Assembly: GCA_036275675.1 (NCBI GenBank)
Contig: DASUDH010000080.1
Coordinates: 1 to 37,646 of the forward strand
DNA: 37,646 nt
Reading direction: 5' to 3'
From: Solirubrobacteraceae bacterium
GTDB taxonomy: Bacteria; Actinomycetota; Thermoleophilia; Solirubrobacterales; Solirubrobacteraceae
Position numbers and translations under genes: made by a program. Below, piece after piece: positions 1 through 8,460 of this stretch (its first letter is position 1; each line of letters begins with the position of its first letter). The notes under the pieces are model-generated. The model was given only the letters and a program-made list of their open reading frames with translations. It was not told the DNA's origin and ran no database searches.

Positions 1-1
1 C

Positions 2-871
2 GACGCGCTGTTGAACTACTACACGGCGCTGTCGTTCGCCGACCCCGAGAAGGACCTCACGGACACCTTCTGGCCGGCGTTCCACATCATCGGCAAGGAC
101 ATCCTGAAGTTCCACGCGGTGTTCTGGCCCGCGATGCTGATGGCGGCCGGCGTCGAGCTCCCGCGCGAGATCTACATCCACGGCTACCTGCTGATGCGCG
201 ACGCGTCGGGCGAAGAGCACAAGATGAGCAAGTCGCTCGGCAACGTGCTCGACCCGTTCGAGGTGATCGACCGCTTCGGCTCCGACGCGCTGCGCTTCTA
301 TCTGTTGCGCGACGTGTCCTTCGGCCAGGACGGGTCGGTGTCGACCGCCTCGTTCGAGCGGCGCTACGAGAGCGAGCTCGCCAACGACTACGGCAACCTC
401 GCGAGCCGCACGATCGCGATGATCGTCCGCTACCGCGACGGAGCGGTGGCGGCGGGAGAGCTCGATGGTCTGCTCTCCGACGACTTCGAGGGCCTGGGCA
501 TGCGCGTCGGCGAGCTGATCGACAGGGTGGAGTTGACGAGCGCGCTCGACGAGATCTGGCTGCGCGTGCGCAGGCTCAATCGCTACGTCGAGGAACGGGC
601 CCCATGGCAGCTCGCCAAGGATCCCTCGCTCGCCGATGATCTCGATCGCGTGCTGCGCACGCTCGCCGAGGGGTTGCGGGTCGTGTCGGTGCTGCTGCAC
701 GCATATCTCCCCGAGAGCACCGAGCGGCTGCTCGCAGCGCTGGGCTCGCCCGACCTCTCGCTCACGGGAGCGGTCTTCGGCGAGGGCTCGGAGCGACGCG
801 TGCAGGCGCTCGAGCCGCTCTTTCCGAGGATCTCCCTGGACGACGCTCGCGAGTGCCCGCTCAACGCATGA
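2..871 (+). CDS. metG: Methionyl-tRNA synthetase, C-terminal part (5' end outside window; short form without C-terminal tRNA-binding domain)
   Basis: HIIGKDILKFHAVFWPAML, KMSKSLGN class I signature, YESELANDYGNL; typical metG-tatD-rsmA-ispE order. Confidence 0.95.
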   Translation, partial: DALLNYYTALSFADPEKDLTDTFWPAFHIIGKDILKFHAVFWPAMLMAAGVELPREIYIHGYLLMRDASGEEHKMSKSLGNVLDPFEVIDRFGSDALRFYLLRDVSFGQDGSVSTASFERRYESELANDYGNLASRTIAMIVRYRDGAVAAGELDGLLSDDFEGLGMRVGELIDRVELTSALDEIWLRVRRLNRYVEERAPWQLAKDPSLADDLDRVLRTLAEGLRVVSVLLHAYLPESTERLLAALGSPDLSLTGAVFGEGSERRVQALEPLFPRISLDDARECPLNA

Positions 872-1617
872 TCGACTCTCACACCCACCTCGACCTGTGC
901 GACGCGCCGGACGCGGAGCTGGTGGAGCGGGCGGTGGCGGCAGGCGTGAAGAGGATGTTGACCGTAGGGACGGATGGGGCATCGTGCCGGACGGCGCTGG
1001 CGGCGGCGGAGGCGTTCCCGCAGGTGTGGGCCGCCGTTGGGCGTCACCCCAACTACGCGAAGGGCTTCGACGGCGCCGACCTGGCCGAGCTGAAGGCGCT
1101 GGCAGCACACCCACGCTGCGCGGCAGTGGGCGAGACGGGGCTCGACTTCTATCGCGACTACGCGCCAAGGGAGGACCAGGAACGGGCCTTCTCGGCGCAG
1201 ATCGAGCTGGCACGCGAGCTGGACAAGCCGCTGGTGATCCATAGCCGCGCGGCGGAGCAGCAGACGCTGGCGCAGCTTGCCGCCGAGGCGCGGGGTGTGA
1301 ACGTGGTGATGCACTGCTTCTCCATGCCCGAGCGCCTAGCGGAGTGCCTGGAACGCGGTTACACGATCTCCTTCGCAGGGAACATCACCTACAAGAGCGC
1401 CGGGGACCTCGTGCAGGCGGCACACATGGTGCCGGACGAGCGGTTGCTGGTGGAGACCGACGCTCCCTACCTGACGCCCCAGCCCGTGCGCAAGCACAGG
1501 AACGAGCCGGCGTTCGTCGCCCACACGCTCGCCTTCCTGGCCGACTTGAGGGGTACAGCGGCTGGCGAGCTGGGGGCCGTGGTGGAGCGCACCGCCGCGC
1601 GCGTGTTCCGGTGGTGA
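868..1617 (+). CDS. tatD: TatD family deoxyribonuclease
   Basis: MIDSHTHL, GRHP, VGETGLD, VIHSR, MHCF, LVETDAPYL; ATG at 868 overlaps metG stop (ATGA). Confidence 0.93.
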   Translation: MIDSHTHLDLCDAPDAELVERAVAAGVKRMLTVGTDGASCRTALAAAEAFPQVWAAVGRHPNYAKGFDGADLAELKALAAHPRCAAVGETGLDFYRDYAPREDQERAFSAQIELARELDKPLVIHSRAAEQQTLAQLAAEARGVNVVMHCFSMPERLAECLERGYTISFAGNITYKSAGDLVQAAHMVPDERLLVETDAPYLTPQPVRKHRNEPAFVAHTLAFLADLRGTAAGELGAVVERTAARVFRW

Positions 1618-2399
1618 GCGCCGCTGGGCGGCGCAGCAGGGAGTTGGGTCAGAACTTCCTGCGCGATCCCAACATCCTCGGGGTGATCGGGCGGGCGAGC
1701 GAGCTGTCGGCACAGGACGTGGTGCTGGAGGTCGGCGGAGGCCAGGGGATGCTGTCCGCCTATCTGGCGCAGAGGGTGGCGTGGCTGCACGTGGTGGAGT
1801 TGGACGAGCGGCTGCGCGGTGTGTTGGAGGGGAGCGTAACGGGGTTGGAGAACGTGGCGGTGTGGTGGGGCGATGCGATGCGCGTGGACCTGGCGGGGAT
1901 GCGGCCGAGGCCGAGCAAGATGGTGGCGAACCTGCCGTATGGGATCGCCGCGGGGGTGCTGCTGCGCACGATCGATGAGCTGGAGGACGTCGAGATGTGG
2001 GTGGCTATGGTGCAGCGCGAGGTGGGCGAGCGGCTCGCGGCGGCGCCGGGGAGCGGGGCGTACGGGGTGAGCTCGGTGCTGGTGCAGCTGGCGGGGGAGG
2101 TCAGGGTCGTGAGGGCGGTGCCCCGGACGGTGTTTCGACCCGTGCCCAATGTGGACTCCGTGCTGGTCAAGATCGTGCGCACCGGAATGGCGGCCTCGCC
2201 GGGGGTGCGCAGGGTGGTGGGCGGGGCGTTCGCGCATCGGCGCAAGGCGCTGGCAAGGTCGCTGGTGCTGGCGGGGATCGAGCGCGACCGCGAGCAGATA
2301 CGCGAGGCTCTGGTCGAGCTTGGGCATCCCGCGGACGTGCGCGCCGAGCGGTTGGCACCGCGAGAGTTCGTGGCGCTGGCGGAGGCGCTGGGTCTGTGA
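1614..2399 (+). CDS. rsmA: 16S rRNA m6,2A dimethyltransferase KsgA/RsmA
   Basis: LGQNFL, VLEVGGGQG, VANLPY, MVQREVGER, FAHRRK, RAERL; GTG at 1614 overlaps tatD stop. Confidence 0.93.
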   Translation: MSAAGRRSRELGQNFLRDPNILGVIGRASELSAQDVVLEVGGGQGMLSAYLAQRVAWLHVVELDERLRGVLEGSVTGLENVAVWWGDAMRVDLAGMRPRPSKMVANLPYGIAAGVLLRTIDELEDVEMWVAMVQREVGERLAAAPGSGAYGVSSVLVQLAGEVRVVRAVPRTVFRPVPNVDSVLVKIVRTGMAASPGVRRVVGGAFAHRRKALARSLVLAGIERDREQIREALVELGHPADVRAERLAPREFVALAEALGL

Positions 2400-2448
2400 T
2401 CTCACCTCCCCCGCGAGCCCTTGTCGCGCCGCGGAAGGCCTCCGAGCG

Positions 2449-3405
2449 ATGACTCCCCCGACTTCTCCTTTGGCGCTGCCTCTGCGCGCGTTGGCCCCGG
2501 CGAAGATCAACCTGGGTCTGTTCGTGGGTCCGAAGCGGGGGGATGGCAGACACGAGCTGGTGAGCGTGATGCAGTCGATCTCGTTGGCTGACGAGCTGAC
2601 GCTGGAACGCGCCCCGGCGGGGGCCAAGCGGGACGAGGTGGTGTGCCCGAGCGTGGCTGGCGAGAACCTGGCGGCGCGTGCGCTCGAGCTGTTCCGTGGG
2701 GCGACCGGCTGGGACGGGGGGAGGGTGCGTTTGAGCATCGACAAGCGCGTGCCGGTGGCGGCCGGGCTGGGCGGGGGGTCCGCAGACGCGGCGGCCGCGT
2801 TGCGCCTGGCCTGCGCGGCATCGGGGTTGGGCGACGGAGAGCTGCTGCTCGAATTGGCGGGAGAGCTGGGCGCGGACGTGCCCGCACAGGTGGTCCCCGG
2901 ACGCTGGCTGGCGACAGGCGCAGGGGATCGGTTGGCGGAGCTTCCCGACCCCGTGTCCCCCTTCGGCGTGCTGGTGCTGGCGCAGGCGGCAGAGCTATCC
3001 ACCGCCGAGGTGTACGCCACGACGGACCGGTTGGGCCTCGGGCACGATGCGAGCTTTCTAGAAGAACGCCGCCGGGCGCTGCGCGGGGCGCTGGAGCTGG
3101 GCGCGGCGCTGCCGAGCGATGCAGAGCTGCTGCACAACGATCTGGAGGTGGCGGCTGTGGCGCTGTGTCCCGCCGTTGGGCGGGCACTGGAGCAGGCGTA
3201 CGAGGCCGGTGCGGAGATGGCGCTCGTCAGCGGCTCAGGTCCAACGGTGGTGGGGCTGTTCGCACGCGCAAACAGCCTGGCGCGGGCGCAGCGCGCCGCG
3301 GCGGGGTTGGCTGGGCGCGAACCGGCTCCGCTGACCGCTGCGCCCGTCAGCGCCAGCTTCGCGCAGGCGTACAGCCCCGGTGTACGCAACAATGAAGGTT
3401 CGTGA
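2449..3405 (+). CDS. ispE: 4-diphosphocytidyl-2-C-methyl-D-erythritol kinase
   Basis: APAKINLGL, KRVPVAAGLGGGSADAA GHMP motif, LGADVP, NDLE, VSGSGPT. Confidence 0.93.
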   Translation: MTPPTSPLALPLRALAPAKINLGLFVGPKRGDGRHELVSVMQSISLADELTLERAPAGAKRDEVVCPSVAGENLAARALELFRGATGWDGGRVRLSIDKRVPVAAGLGGGSADAAAALRLACAASGLGDGELLLELAGELGADVPAQVVPGRWLATGAGDRLAELPDPVSPFGVLVLAQAAELSTAEVYATTDRLGLGHDASFLEERRRALRGALELGAALPSDAELLHNDLEVAAVALCPAVGRALEQAYEAGAEMALVSGSGPTVVGLFARANSLARAQRAAAGLAGREPAPLTAAPVSASFAQAYSPGVRNNEGS

Positions 3406-3447
3406 ATCACTAGACGTGATGCGCAAAGTCGCACACCGGAGAGCACC

Positions 3448-3660
3448 ATGAGCACGACCGCCGTCACCGATCTCGTCGCCGTCTGTGCCGGTGTCTTCGG
3501 GCTGGCCCTGTACGTCGGCCTGATCCTCGCGCCGGCGTGGACCTCCTACTCGCGCGCGTGGGAGCGCCTGGCGGCGACCGTCCTGTCCCTGTACGTGCTC
3601 GCGGTGTTCGTCAGCCTGGGTGTGCTCGGCGCGCTCGTGGCCGTCTACTTCTGGGGCTGA
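3448..3660 (+). CDS. Small two-TM membrane protein
   Basis: 70 aa, two hydrophobic segments, GGAG upstream, host-like codon usage. Confidence 0.7.
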   Translation: MSTTAVTDLVAVCAGVFGLALYVGLILAPAWTSYSRAWERLAATVLSLYVLAVFVSLGVLGALVAVYFWG

Positions 3661-3665
3661 GCTTG

Positions 3666-3828
3666 AGGGCGCGCTCCACAATATCTGGCGGTCCGATGCG
3701 GCCGTTCCGCGGCGTGCTGCGTCACTCACGATGCTCGACGTGCAACCAGCACGCCTGCGCTCGTGTGCGGCGCATCCCATCCACGACCCGACCACCTCGA
3801 TCCCACCATCTATTGTGGAGCGCGCCCT
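3666..3828. mobile_element. MITE-like / long palindromic repeat element, 163 bp with perfect 18-bp terminal inverted repeats
   Basis: AGGGCGCGCTCCACAATA (3666-3683) and TATTGTGGAGCGCGCCCT (3811-3828); nested inner IRs GATGCG/CGCATC (3695/3771) and GGCGTGCTG/CAGCACGCC (3711/3747); no clear target-site duplication. Confidence 0.6.
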
Positions 3829-3831
3829 AGA

Positions 3832-5046
3832 GTGTCAGAGCTCGTCGGGCTGGACGCCGTCACCGAGGCGGTCGAGTCGGGGGCAGGTCTGCCCGAGGTC
3901 GTGCGCGCCGCTTCGCGCGCTCTCGATGCCAGCCTCGCGGTGACCGACGCCGGAGGCGCCACGATCGCGGTCGCCGCGCGCTCGAGCGCCGACGAGCGCT
4001 CGCTCCTGTCCGGGGCGGATGGGGTGACCTGCCTCCCGTTGCGGGTGGCCGATGCGACCGTCGGATCGCTTCACATGCGCGCTCGCACCGAGCCGAGCCC
4101 GCTCCTGCGGCGGCTACTCGTCACGATGATCGCCTCCGAGGTCGAGCGCGTGCGCGCACCGGACGTGGCTTCGGAGACGGCCGCCGCCGACTTGCTGCGC
4201 GTCGCGCTCGGCCGCGAGCCGATCTCCCGCGACGAGCTGCTGGCGCGCGCCCGCGAGCTGTCGCTCGACCTGCAGGACGGCGCGAGCGTGATCGTCGCTC
4301 GCGCCCACCCCCAGGCGCCCACAGACGAGGGCTGGCGTGCTCGCGCGCGAGCGGTCGCCGAGCGCGGCGCCCGCGCGGTCGTGAGCAGGTCGATCGCCGC
4401 CCTCTCAGAGCGCGAGGGCGCGGCAGGCGTCGAGATCCTGCTGCTTGTCCCGGGCGGTGAGGAGTCGGTGGCCGCACGCGCCGCCGAGGCCGTCTTGCGC
4501 GAGATGGAAAGCGCCCTCGCCGGCTACACGTTCGCGCTCGGTCGCAGCCGCATCGCCTCGGACACGACGGATCTTCCGCGCGCGGCGGGCGAGGCGCTGC
4601 TCGCCGCCAACGTCGCCGAGGGCGGCTCACAGGAGGGAGTGCTCGCCTTCGAGCAGACCGGCGCCTACCGGCTGCTGCTGAGCGCCATGAGCGAGAACCC
4701 GAGCGAGCTGCAACGCTTCTACGCGGAGACAGTCGAGCCGCTCGTCGCCTATGACGAGCAGTACGAGACCGAGTTGCTGCAGACGCTCGAGACGTTCCTG
4801 GAGGCTGACGGCAATGTCGCCGGCACCGCCCAGCGCCTGTTCACCCACCGGCACACGGTCTACTACCGGCTGGAGCGCGTCCGCGAGCTGACCGGGCTCG
4901 ACGTGAGCTCGAGCGACGGCCGCGAGAAGCTCAGCCTTGGCTTGAAGGCGATGCGCGTGCTCGGGATCTCCTCGGCCCGCGGTCCTGCCTCCGAGGACGG
5001 CGTCCGCGCTGGACGCGTCCCGCGCCGCTCGCCGCGCCGTCCCTGA
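3832..5046 (+). CDS. PucR/CdaR-family transcriptional regulator (GAF-like N-terminus, GGDEF-like middle, C-terminal HTH)
   Basis: LLQTLETFLEADGNVAGTAQRLFTHRHTVYYRLERVRELTG; start placed at GTG 3832 because the ORF extension from 3763 lies inside the repeat element. Confidence 0.88.
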   Translation: MSELVGLDAVTEAVESGAGLPEVVRAASRALDASLAVTDAGGATIAVAARSSADERSLLSGADGVTCLPLRVADATVGSLHMRARTEPSPLLRRLLVTMIASEVERVRAPDVASETAAADLLRVALGREPISRDELLARARELSLDLQDGASVIVARAHPQAPTDEGWRARARAVAERGARAVVSRSIAALSEREGAAGVEILLLVPGGEESVAARAAEAVLREMESALAGYTFALGRSRIASDTTDLPRAAGEALLAANVAEGGSQEGVLAFEQTGAYRLLLSAMSENPSELQRFYAETVEPLVAYDEQYETELLQTLETFLEADGNVAGTAQRLFTHRHTVYYRLERVRELTGLDVSSSDGREKLSLGLKAMRVLGISSARGPASEDGVRAGRVPRRSPRRP

Positions 5047-5112
5047 GGCGCCGACGCGTTCGCCCGCCGGTCGACGACCAATCCCCGCGCCCCGCTGTTC
5101 TACCGTGACAGC

Positions 5113-5538
5113 TCAAGTGGTGGCCTGCTCGACGAGCATCCTCACGGGCCGTGCGTACAGGAAGGCATAGGCGAGCACGGCGAGACCGGTCAGCGCGTCC
5201 GTGAAGAGGGTGGCGTAGAAGAAGGCCGGGATCTGCGGCGAGCCGTAGATGAAGTGCCCGGGCGTCAAGAGCCCGGTCGCCGAGTACACGGCCAGGCACA
5301 CGCGTGCCTCACGGTAGCGGCGTTCGGTGTAGCGGCGGTAGCCCACCAGTGCGATCCAGGTTAGAAGTGGCCATGCGAGGACGATCGCCACCCGTATGAT
5401 CGTGTCGAAGCTGCCATGCGGGCCGGGGTAGCGGTGGACTGCGACGAAGTTATGCGTGTAGTGGATGGCGGTCGAGAGGATCCCCGCCGCAAGGATCGTC
5501 CTGAGAAGCACGAGTCGCCGTCGTTCGTCCAATCGCAC
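5113..5538 (-). CDS. Four-TM membrane protein of unknown function, divergent from TetR gene
   Basis: Hydrophobic helices (AIHYTHNF...); GTG 5538 with GGAGG 5 nt upstream (alternative ATG 5550). Confidence 0.7.
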   Translation of the reverse strand: MRLDERRRLVLLRTILAAGILSTAIHYTHNFVAVHRYPGPHGSFDTIIRVAIVLAWPLLTWIALVGYRRYTERRYREARVCLAVYSATGLLTPGHFIYGSPQIPAFFYATLFTDALTGLAVLAYAFLYARPVRMLVEQATT

Positions 5539-5557
5539 GCTGACCTCCATCTCTTGA

Positions 5558-5569
5558 TAGAACGCTCTA
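5558..5569. promoter_or_regulatory. Palindromic operator candidate for adjacent LmrA/YxaF-type TetR
   Basis: TAGAACGCTCTA (TAGA-N4-TCTA) in the divergent intergenic region; resembles the TAGAnnGnTCTA core of LmrA/QdoR boxes. Confidence 0.6.
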
Positions 5570-5619
5570 GTGCCGGTTAGTATTCCACCCGGACGCGTGA
5601 AATGCCATAGGAGGATCGA

Positions 5620-6240
5620 GTGCAGGACACCAGAGCGCGCATCGTGAACACCAGCGCGGAGCTGTTCCGCCGTCAGGGCTTCAACGGGACGGGCGTCAAG
5701 CAGATCGTGGCCGAGGCCAGCGCGCCGTTCGGTTCGCTCTACCACTTCTTCCCGGGCGGCAAGATCGAGCTCGGCGAGGAGGTCGTTCGCTCGTCGGGCG
5801 CGCACTACATCCAGTTGTTTGCCACCATCGCCGCGCAGGCGCCGGACGTCGTGACGGCGGTCGGCGACTTCTTCGCCAGCACGGCAGCCACTCTACGCGA
5901 AACAGACTACGCCGATGCCTGTCCGATCGCGACGGTTGCGCTCGAGGTCGCGAGCACGAACGAGCCGCTGCGCCGAGCGACCGCCGATGTCTTCGACAGC
6001 TGGATAACCGCTGCCACCGAGTACTTCGCGCTCGCCGGCATTCCGCGCGCCCGCGCGCGCGAGCTCGCGCTCTCAATGCTCTCGCTGCTCGAGGGCGCAT
6101 TCGTGTTCAGCCGTGCGCTGCGCAGCACAGAGCCGGTAGCCGTCGCCGGATCCACAGCGGTCGAATTCGTGCGCACAGCGTTGAGCGAAGCGCCGACAGA
6201 TCTAGACACATCCGAACGTAAGGACGGCGCCGATGTCTGA
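5620..6240 (+). CDS. TetR/AcrR regulator, LmrA/YxaF-like
   Basis: FRRQGFNGTGVKQIVAEASAPFGSLYHFFPGGK HTH; CPIATVALE and LEGA C-terminal motifs; AGGAGG SD. Confidence 0.9.
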   Translation: MQDTRARIVNTSAELFRRQGFNGTGVKQIVAEASAPFGSLYHFFPGGKIELGEEVVRSSGAHYIQLFATIAAQAPDVVTAVGDFFASTAATLRETDYADACPIATVALEVASTNEPLRRATADVFDSWITAATEYFALAGIPRARARELALSMLSLLEGAFVFSRALRSTEPVAVAGSTAVEFVRTALSEAPTDLDTSERKDGADV

Positions 6241-6664
6241 CTTCACGATTGACCGCGACACACTCAACGCCGCTTCGCCAGGCTTCGGGGCGGTTGCGGT
6301 CGGTGCACTGGCTGGAGGTGTCGGGGCAGTCGTGGGCGCGGCTCTCACTCCCGGTCGCCGGCTCGATCTTGGCGCGGTTGAGCTCGGGTTCATAGCGGGC
6401 GCGTATCCGGCGATGGCGCTTCGCGAAGAGTCACCTCGCGCAGTCGTCTTGGAGTCCGCTGCAAGTGCCATGTTCATTGGCCTTGCGGCATATGGGCTCC
6501 GCCGCCGGTCGCGACTAGGAATTGCCGCCGGACTGCTCGGACATGCAGTGTGGGACGTCGTCCATCATCTGTACGCCATAGGCACCAAGACGCCCCGCTG
6601 GTTTCCGGCCTTCTGCTCGGCCGCGGACGTAGCGCTCGCGATCCAGTTCGTTCGCGCGCAGTAG
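6233..6664 (+). CDS. Membrane protein with HxxWDxxHH / WFPxFC motif
   Basis: Overlaps TetR stop, AAGGA upstream, about 4-5 TM segments. Confidence 0.7.
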   Translation: MSDFTIDRDTLNAASPGFGAVAVGALAGGVGAVVGAALTPGRRLDLGAVELGFIAGAYPAMALREESPRAVVLESAASAMFIGLAAYGLRRRSRLGIAAGLLGHAVWDVVHHLYAIGTKTPRWFPAFCSAADVALAIQFVRAQ

Positions 6665-6670
6665 GGCGTC

Positions 6671-6886
6671 ATGTCGATTCAGCCCACCGCTCGCACCACT
6701 CGACCCGCCACTCGTCGTGCGCTCGGGATGGCTGCTCTTGCCGTCGTGCTCGAGCTTGCGCTGATTACGCCTTGGGTCGATCACGCGGCCGATCGCAACC
6801 AGACCGTTCACTTCACCCAGCATGGTCTGATCTTCCTCGGCGGAGTGCTCATTGGCTTCGCGCTGCGTGAGCTCTCACGTCGATGA
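6671..6886 (+). CDS. Small two-TM protein with HxxQH motif (CtaG/DUF1404-like segment)
   Basis: PWVDHAADRNQTVHFTQHGLIFLGG; stop overlaps next ATG (ATGA). Confidence 0.6.
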   Translation: MSIQPTARTTRPATRRALGMAALAVVLELALITPWVDHAADRNQTVHFTQHGLIFLGGVLIGFALRELSRR

Positions 6887-7650
6887 AGCAACTGCTGCTT
6901 CACTGGCCCCACGTCCTTCCCGTGCTGCTTGGATTCGGGACGGTCGTCTACCTATGGATTGCCAATCGGAGCTCGCAAGGCGCGGAGATCGCGACGCGGC
7001 GCTCTGACGTTGATAGTGATCCGGCGGAAGGCGGCGGTGGTTCAGATGTCTCGGGTGTTCGGGTCGCAATCAGGCCTAAGCCGGCAACTGTCAGTCCAGC
7101 GGCGGGATCAGCGCCCGCGGCAGTACGACGCGAGACGGCGCGCCGTGGCGTGATTGTCCTCGGGCCGATCCTTGCAGCCACTGCTACCGGAGCGACCATC
7201 TACGGCATAGACCTCGCTTCCGCGCACCCCGGTCGCGGGCTGGTGTGGACTCATGTCGGGGTCTCCCTGCTCGTCTGTCTGCTGGCTATCTACAAGCTCG
7301 CGGACATCGACTTGGCGCAGGTCAAAGAGGCGTGGCGCACGGGCCATCTGCTCGATGTGGGGGCCTCCATTCTGCTTGGAGTGTTGCTCGTCCCGTTGCT
7401 GCTCAGCGGGATCGTCGTGCTGGTGAGTCCATCCAGCGTGTCCTACTCCGCCTACGCACATCTGCTCGCGAGCGCATGGTGGACGCTGCTGGTGCTATGG
7501 CACCTGACGCGTTACCTCGCTCGATCGGTAGGCACAATCACTCGCGGGCGGCGAACTCCGCCGTATAGGTCGCGCCGTGCGTTCCTTTCGCGAGGCTGCG
7601 CGGTGGGGCAGGGGCCACACCGACGCCAATGTCGCGATAGCCGCCTGTGA
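6883..7650 (+). CDS. Multi-TM membrane protein with intramembrane His residues; 3' end overlaps convergent CAP gene
   Basis: About 5 hydrophobic helices, HVG / HLL / WHL; last ~37 codons are antisense to the CAP gene. Confidence 0.6.
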   Translation: MKQLLLHWPHVLPVLLGFGTVVYLWIANRSSQGAEIATRRSDVDSDPAEGGGGSDVSGVRVAIRPKPATVSPAAGSAPAAVRRETARRGVIVLGPILAATATGATIYGIDLASAHPGRGLVWTHVGVSLLVCLLAIYKLADIDLAQVKEAWRTGHLLDVGASILLGVLLVPLLLSGIVVLVSPSSVSYSAYAHLLASAWWTLLVLWHLTRYLARSVGTITRGRRTPPYRSRRAFLSRGCAVGQGPHRRQCRDSRL

Positions 7651-8128
7651 GCATGATCTTGCGATGCATGGGCGAGAGCATCCACGCGTTCACCATCGCC
7701 GCGGGGGTCGCCAGCCTGTCGGTTGCCCAGCCGATGTTCTGGGCGGCCGACAGGCGCCGTGCGCCCGACGCGTAATGCGAGGCTGTGATGCGCTGCCACG
7801 GCGTCCCGCCCGTCAGGCTGTTATCGCCGAAGTAGTGGCCGATCACCATGTCTTTCGCCTGGCTGGCGGCTATCCGTTGGAGAGAGCTGTTCGACCGCAG
7901 CACGCCAAGGTGGTATGCCTCGCGTTCACGCTCGATCAAGCACAGCGTCGCGGCCACCACGCGCGATATGTTCCCCCGACTCGGGCGCAAATATATATCC
8001 CTACAGTGCCCCCGTCCTGACCGCCCTGTGCGTCCACCTGACCCCGTCGCACTCGCGCCGGTCTCGCCGAGCAACCCCGCCGACACCGCCAGCATCGCAG
8101 CGATGACCGCGCTCGTCTCTCGCTTCAT
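7538..8128 (-). CDS. Secreted CAP (SCP) domain protein
   Basis: Signal-peptide-like MKRETSAVIAAMLAV; CLIERER, QNIGW, AWMLSPMHRKIML, DIGVGV; start ATG 8128. Confidence 0.85.
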   Translation of the reverse strand: MKRETSAVIAAMLAVSAGLLGETGASATGSGGRTGRSGRGHCRDIYLRPSRGNISRVVAATLCLIEREREAYHLGVLRSNSSLQRIAASQAKDMVIGHYFGDNSLTGGTPWQRITASHYASGARRLSAAQNIGWATDRLATPAAMVNAWMLSPMHRKIMLTGGYRDIGVGVAPAPPRSLAKGTHGATYTAEFAARE

Positions 8129-8261
8129 TGCGATCCCCCAATCCACGGCACTGCAACCATTCTTGCAGGCAAGAGGGATTTGAGGCGCAGCGGCGCGCTG
8201 GTCCCATGCCCGCTGCTTGGAGCGCACCGTGCGATCATCACGTGACACGATCCACCTGCGT

Positions 8262-8332
8262 TGGGGAGTGGGGTAATGGCAGCCCGGGAGACTTTGACTC
8301 TTCAAGTCCTGGTTCGAGTCCAGGCTCCCCAG
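8262..8332 (+). tRNA. tRNA-Gln(TTG), CCA not encoded
   Basis: Acceptor TGGGGAG/CTCCCCA, anticodon stem GGAGA/TCTTC with loop CTTTGAC (TTG 8294-8296), T-arm CCTGG-TTCGAGT-CCAGG; conserved position before glmU. Confidence 0.96.
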
Positions 8333-8447
8333 TCTCACCGTCCACCGTCGTCATAAGTTCGAGCGTGGTGCGGGCCGGCCGGCTGTGCTCGGATCGACCT
8401 GTACGGACGCCTTCGTGCCCGCACACCGCAGGCTAGGGCTCGCCATC

Positions 8448-8453
8448 TAAAGT
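8448..8453 (+). promoter_or_regulatory. -10 hexamer of probable leaderless glmU promoter
   Basis: TAAAGT 7 nt upstream of ATG 8461, no SD. Confidence 0.55.
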
Positions 8454-8460
8454 CTGCCCG

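Noticed and set aside
1467-3467. 666-aa minus-strand ORF and similar long ORFs (11517-13001, 14087-16027, 16412-17626, 8470-9696, 27880-28812)
   Set aside because: Antisense or alternate-frame shadows of well-supported genes in high-GC DNA; no motifs
7565-7600. SRRAFL twin-arginine-like motif in ORF 6883-7650
   Set aside because: Lies in the antisense of the CAP gene's coding C-terminus with no passenger domain after it; probably coincidental
8129-8338. N-terminal extension of the CAP ORF across tRNA-Gln
   Set aside because: Merely antisense of the tRNA; a signal peptide begins at ATG 8128
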